From Alistipes senegalensis (GTDB lineage: Bacteria > Bacillota > Clostridia > Oscillospirales > Ruminococcaceae): 64,000 nt of DNA. The notes below the pieces were generated by a model. It did no database searches and was not told the DNA's origin. It saw nothing but the letters and a program-made list of their open reading frames with translations. The position numbers and the translations under genes are program-made. Shown here one piece after another: positions 61,494-64,000 of the stretch. Each line of letters begins with the position of its first letter. Position 1 is the stretch's first letter. The stretch is from contig JAMPEF010000001.1 in the NCBI GenBank assembly GCA_023665275.1, positions 40,924 through 104,923 of the forward strand. Reading direction: 5' to 3'.

Positions 61494-63440
61494 TTATCTT
61501 ACTTTTTTAGCAATATCGTCAATCAGTTTCATAACTAAATCATTCTGTGACATTGAGCCTAAATCACCCTCACGTCTTGAACGTACCGAAACAGTACCGT
61601 TTTCAACTTCCTTGTCGCCGACAGTAAGCATAATCGGAAGTTTTTCCACAGTTGCGGAGCGTATCTTGTAGCCGACTTTTTCCGCTCTGTCGTCGATAGT
61701 AGCACGTATTCCGACAGCCTCAAGTTTTGCGAGTACTTCATTGCAGTATTCAAGATGTCTGTCTGCAACCGGAATAATTCTCACCTGCTCCGGAGCCAGC
61801 CACAGTGGTAATGCACCTGCATATTTTTCAATCATATAGGCAAGAGTTCTCTCATAACAACCAAGCGACGTCCTGTGTATGATATACGGACGCTTTTTAG
61901 TGCCGTCAACATCGACGTATTCCATGCCAAATTTTTCAGCAAGAAGCATATCAATCTGAATTGTAACAAGCGTATCTTCCTTGCCGTAAACGTTCTTGTA
62001 CTGAATGTCAAGTTTAGGACCATAGAAAGCCGCCTCATCAATACCTATTTCGTACTCAACACCGAGGTGGTCAAGGATTTTAGTCATAACAGCCTGTGCT
62101 TCCTCCCACTGTTCAGCAGTACCTTCATACTTGTTTTTAGGATTGGACGGGTCCCACTGTGAGAATCTGAAAGTACAGTCTTCAAGCAGTCCTACTGTTT
62201 CAAGCATCTCTTTTGCAAGCTCAAGACAATCTTTAAATTCTTTTTCCGTTTGGTCTGGACGGAGTATAATATGTCCCTCTGATATTGTAAATTGTCTTAC
62301 TCTTATAAGACCGTGCATTTCACCGGAATCTTCTTTCCGGAAAAGTGTTGAAGTTTCGCCAAGTCGCATAGGTAAATCACGGTAAGAACGCTGTCTGTTC
62401 AGGAATACCTGATACTGAAACGGACAGGTCATCGGACGGAGTGCAAAACATTCTTTAGTTTCGTCGTGTGGGTCGCCGAGAATGAACATTCCGTCAAGAT
62501 AGTGATCCCAGTGACCAGAAATTTTATATAACTCACGTTTTGCGAGATAAGGTGTTTTTGTGAGTAAATAGCCGTGTTTCTGTTCAACGTCCTCAACCCA
62601 GCGTTGCAAAGTCTGGATAACTCTTGCACCTTTCGGAAGAATAATCGGGAGTCCCTGACCGATACAATCAACAGTTGTGAAGTATTCAAGTTCACGACCA
62701 AGTTTATTATGGTCACGGAGTTTAGCTTCTTCACGCTGTTTAATGTCTGCTTCAAGTTCTGCGTTTTTAGGGTATGCAACGGCATAAACTCTTGAAAGCA
62801 TCTTATTCTTTTCCGAACCTCTCCAGTAAGCACCCGTGCATGAAAGCAGTTTGAATGCTTTGACCGGTGCGGTAGTCATAAGGTGAGGACCGGCGCATAA
62901 ATCAATAAATTCACCCTGCTGATAGAATGAAATCGGTTCACCCTTACCGGCGTGTTCTTCACAGAGTTCAACTTTATATGGTTCGTTGATTTCCTTGAGT
63001 TTAACAATAGCGTCTTCCGGTGAAAGTTCAAACTGTTCCAGTTTAAGACCTTCTTTGACGATTTTTTTCATTTCTGCCTCGATTTTTTCGAGTTCCTCTT
63101 GTGTGAACGGCTTTTCAAGGTCAAAATCATAGTAGAAGCCGTTATCAATTGCCGGACCTATAGCAAGTTTTGCGTCGGGATAAAGTCTTTTTACAGCCTG
63201 TGCAAGAATGTGAGACGCCGTATGCCAGAAAGTTTTTTTACCGTCCATGCTGTCGAAAGTACATACTTCAAAATCACAATCGCTGTCAATGATAGTTCTT
63301 AAATCCTTGACTTCACTGTTGATTTTAACACAGCAGGAGGCTTTATAAAGTCCCATACCAATGTCCTTTATAATTTCGTAAGCCGGTACGGAATTTTCAA
63401 TTTCTCTTATACTACCGTCTTTGAGAGTTAATTTAATCAT
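61494..63440 (-). CDS. thrS: Threonyl-tRNA synthetase
   Basis: 648 aa. TGS, editing, class II catalytic (HRTSLG... motifs) and anticodon-binding domains. AAGGAG RBS. Confidence 0.95.
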   Translation of the reverse strand: MIKLTLKDGSIREIENSVPAYEIIKDIGMGLYKASCCVKINSEVKDLRTIIDSDCDFEVCTFDSMDGKKTFWHTASHILAQAVKRLYPDAKLAIGPAIDNGFYYDFDLEKPFTQEELEKIEAEMKKIVKEGLKLEQFELSPEDAIVKLKEINEPYKVELCEEHAGKGEPISFYQQGEFIDLCAGPHLMTTAPVKAFKLLSCTGAYWRGSEKNKMLSRVYAVAYPKNAELEADIKQREEAKLRDHNKLGRELEYFTTVDCIGQGLPIILPKGARVIQTLQRWVEDVEQKHGYLLTKTPYLAKRELYKISGHWDHYLDGMFILGDPHDETKECFALRPMTCPFQYQVFLNRQRSYRDLPMRLGETSTLFRKEDSGEMHGLIRVRQFTISEGHIILRPDQTEKEFKDCLELAKEMLETVGLLEDCTFRFSQWDPSNPKNKYEGTAEQWEEAQAVMTKILDHLGVEYEIGIDEAAFYGPKLDIQYKNVYGKEDTLVTIQIDMLLAEKFGMEYVDVDGTKKRPYIIHRTSLGCYERTLAYMIEKYAGALPLWLAPEQVRIIPVADRHLEYCNEVLAKLEAVGIRATIDDRAEKVGYKIRSATVEKLPIMLTVGDKEVENGTVSVRSRREGDLGSMSQNDLVMKLIDDIAKKVR

Positions 63441-63455
63441 GATTTTTTTCTCCTT

Positions 63456-63833
63456 TTAGTTTAATTTTCCTGTCACTTCAATGCCGTTATCGTATCCGAG
63501 TTCCATAGAAAGCGGTACAAGATAACCGTCTGTGCTGTCCACATTGAAACATACTACAACGCCGTCTTCATCGATATCGACGTATGCGCCGGTAATCTGA
63601 ATACATTCCGCAAGAAGTTCAGCCGTACCGCTGTAGTAGCCATCATCGGTTATAATTTCGGCGATTTTTTTCTTGTTGCGGTTGAGTTTGTCAAGTTTCT
63701 GTGCTATTTCGCTGAAATTATCCATGATTTCGGATTCTTCTTCAACGTAAAAACGCACAATGACGTTACGTTCCCAAAGTTTATAGGTGATTTCAAAAGC
63801 CTCTTCCTTTTCGTTGTACTTAATCTGTCCCAT
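63456..63833 (-). CDS. Hypothetical acidic protein co-transcribed upstream of thrS
   Basis: AGGAG RBS 9 nt upstream of the ATG at 63833. 125 aa. Sits between the T-box leader and thrS. Confidence 0.5.
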   Translation of the reverse strand: MGQIKYNEKEEAFEITYKLWERNVIVRFYVEEESEIMDNFSEIAQKLDKLNRNKKKIAEIITDDGYYSGTAELLAECIQITGAYVDIDEDGVVVCFNVDSTDGYLVPLSMELGYDNGIEVTGKLN

Positions 63834-63842
63834 AAAATTCAA

Positions 63843-64000
63843 CTCCTTTTTGATAATAATAAAAGTCCCCCATACCGAAAAGGCACAAGGGACGACTAAA
63901 AAACCGTGATTCCACCCTGATTCACATAGAAAAAATAACTATGTCTCATTGTCTCTATAACGGGAGATACCGGCGTTTATTGGACGCACTCCGAGGTGGT
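63843..64000 (-). ncRNA. T-box riboswitch leader (partial, extends past window end)
   Basis: Minus-strand read: AATCAGGGTGGAATCACGG (plus 63905-63923) matches the T-box consensus AGGGTGGNACCGCG region. Followed by a terminator hairpin (gtccc...gggac + TTTT, plus 63861-63896) just upstream of the 63833 ORF. Confidence 0.5.

Overview
Low-GC Firmicutes (Clostridia-like anaerobic spore-former) chromosomal replication-origin region. Gene orientation switches at dnaA. Genes at 22.7-34.5 kb are all on the minus strand: serS, spo0J/parB, soj/parA, noc, rsmG, mnmG, mnmE, jag, yidC, yidD, rnpA, rpmH. Genes at 35.0-47.4 kb are all on the plus strand: dnaA, dnaN, yaaA, recF, remB, gyrB, gyrA. This is the classic Firmicutes oriC neighbourhood. 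The left third carries metabolism and stress genes: argG, ldh, malic enzyme, hydF, a solo mazF, two Ca2+ P-type ATPases, a TerD pair, spoVAD/spoVAEb, feoB, a flavodiiron protein with an FTR-like protein and thioredoxin, and tRNA-Met plus tRNA-Glu. The right third carries carB, aspartate kinase, nrdR, thrS with a T-box leader, and several small unknown or secreted proteins. The standout feature is a 16-bp perfect palindrome, TGTTCCACGTGGAACA, one mismatch from the Bacillus subtilis parS site TGTTCCACGTGAAACA. It occurs about 32 times between 4.7 and 29.9 kb, mostly in three tandem arrays of 7, 9 and 11 copies with periods of about 38, 41 and 46 bp. The arrays sit within 17 kb of parAB and noc. 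The layout resembles plasmid centromeres (F sopC-like iterons) rather than the usual few dispersed chromosomal parS sites. Other notable points: an unusually long (about 2.1 kb) ORF-free, AT-rich dnaA-dnaN spacer; inverted ORF6N-like paralogs flanking about 10 kb, one broken by an in-frame TAA; an operon of Ca2+-ATPase plus two TerD genes; and several 'partner-less' genes (mazF without antitoxin, spoVAD/Eb without spoVAC, feoB without feoA, carB without carA). Coordinates for RNA genes, promoters and terminators were derived by hand and are approximate to within a few bases.
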